Origin: Catajapyx aquilonaris
Taxonomy: Eukaryota
Assembly: GCA_000934665.2 (NCBI GenBank)
Contig: KZ539013.1
Span: forward strand, 1 to 36,688
Direction: 5' to 3'
DNA: 36,688 nucleotides
Positions 35,651 through 36,688 of the stretch are shown in pieces. Position 1 is the stretch's first letter; each line of letters starts with the position of its first letter. A model generated the notes under the pieces. The model was not told where the DNA came from. It made no database searches and saw only the letters and a list, made by a program, of their open reading frames with translations. The position numbers and the translations under genes were made by a program.

Positions 35651-36594
35651 TGGTGGACGCCAATAGTGCAATAGAATTAGCAAACTGAACATGACAGCCT
35701 TATATTCGCAAAATTTTGCACATTTCTATGAATACAAAATGAGGTGGCCATTCTTTGAAACAACAATGCAGGGAGTCAGACGGTGGCGGAAAGACACATG
35801 TGACAGCCATGAGCCTGCAGAGCAATCTGTGTGCGAGAGCTGGGCCCTTCTTTTCCTGGCCCCATAGAGCTGCGAGCTTCTGGACCATGAATAATAGATT
35901 GCCTCAGGGTTTTTCTGAGCCATTCTCAACTCCCTGGGGAATAATACCCCCTTTTGATCCGTCCGGGGGATTGTTGGCGGTAGGAGGGGACAAATAAAAT
36001 GGAGAGCGGGCCGACGTGAAAGAGCTCGGAATTAGGCAAGAACTGTATTGATACCAGGGAGTACCGGAGTTGGGAGGATTTTGTGCGTATGTGGAACAAT
36101 GGAGTGGATCGTCTCCCGGTTTTTGGTGCTGTACAATATTTCTGGTGTAGGGACAAATAACTGGTCCGTAAATTACACTCCCTTTTTTGCTATTTTCGAC
36201 CCCACTGGTATAGGGACTCGATACAATTATTCATTGATAGTAGCGATATGGTACACAATACCCCCTTTCCTGTCCACGTAATGTATGGGGAACCCTTCAG
36301 GACGTCAACTAGCCTCACAAAGTTTTGTTCATGGATCAATTTTGAGTATTGATGGAGAGGGATTTTTCCTTTGTACGCCAACGAAGCACCGTATAACCTG
36401 AGAGTTGTCTGGCCCCCTAAAAACGGGTAGATCATATGGGGCTGCCCCTGGGTAATCCCATGAGTAATCGCGGAGAATTATTGGAGAATAATTATTGTTG
36501 ATCGAATATTTAAAAAGTTATCCTACCATGACAACTTGGGTAAGGAGTTAGACTTAAAAGGTGCGGAGCACACTGTTACACAATAGTGTAAATA

Positions 36595-36688
36595 CAGGGT
36601 GTAAATGAATTCAACCGACAAACTTCTAGGGGTGATAGAGGGGACCAAGACAAACATTTTTGACATAGGAAACCGTGTCCGGAAACGC
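36595..36688 (+). mobile_element. Left end of a Tc1/mariner-type element, truncated by the window edge
   Basis: TA|CAGGGTGTAAATGAA...acaaacttctaggggtgata...gtccggaaac, resembling mariner/maT-type terminal sequence. Confidence 0.5.

Overview
Eukaryotic (invertebrate-like, repeat-rich) genomic DNA from a draft assembly with two N gaps. The only convincing host gene is the 5' part of a p130Cas/BCAR1-NEDD9 (Cas family) adaptor gene on the + strand. It has a probable 5-codon first coding exon (9713-9727, MNCSQ) behind an NRF1/AP-1-type promoter, a ~20.4 kb first intron, and two clear coding exons (30144-30287, 32195-32395) that build the N-terminal SH3 domain. The gene continues past the window. 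Upstream lie a probable first exon and promoter of an unidentified minus-strand gene (~1709-2230) and a heavily decayed, intron-containing sequence with ordered motifs of a CxC3/KDZ (Zisupton-like) transposase (~2880-6790). That relic is interrupted by a ~670 bp SINE-within-a-SINE with two tRNA-derived heads, two structurally covarying 3' tails and a perfect 14-bp TSD. The remainder is intronic and intergenic DNA carrying hAT- and Tc1/mariner-type MITEs, foldbacks, tRNA-like remnants, a complex minisatellite and an (ATT)25 microsatellite. Nearly all ORFs in the supplied track are spurious. Family assignments come from motifs recalled from memory, not from database searches.
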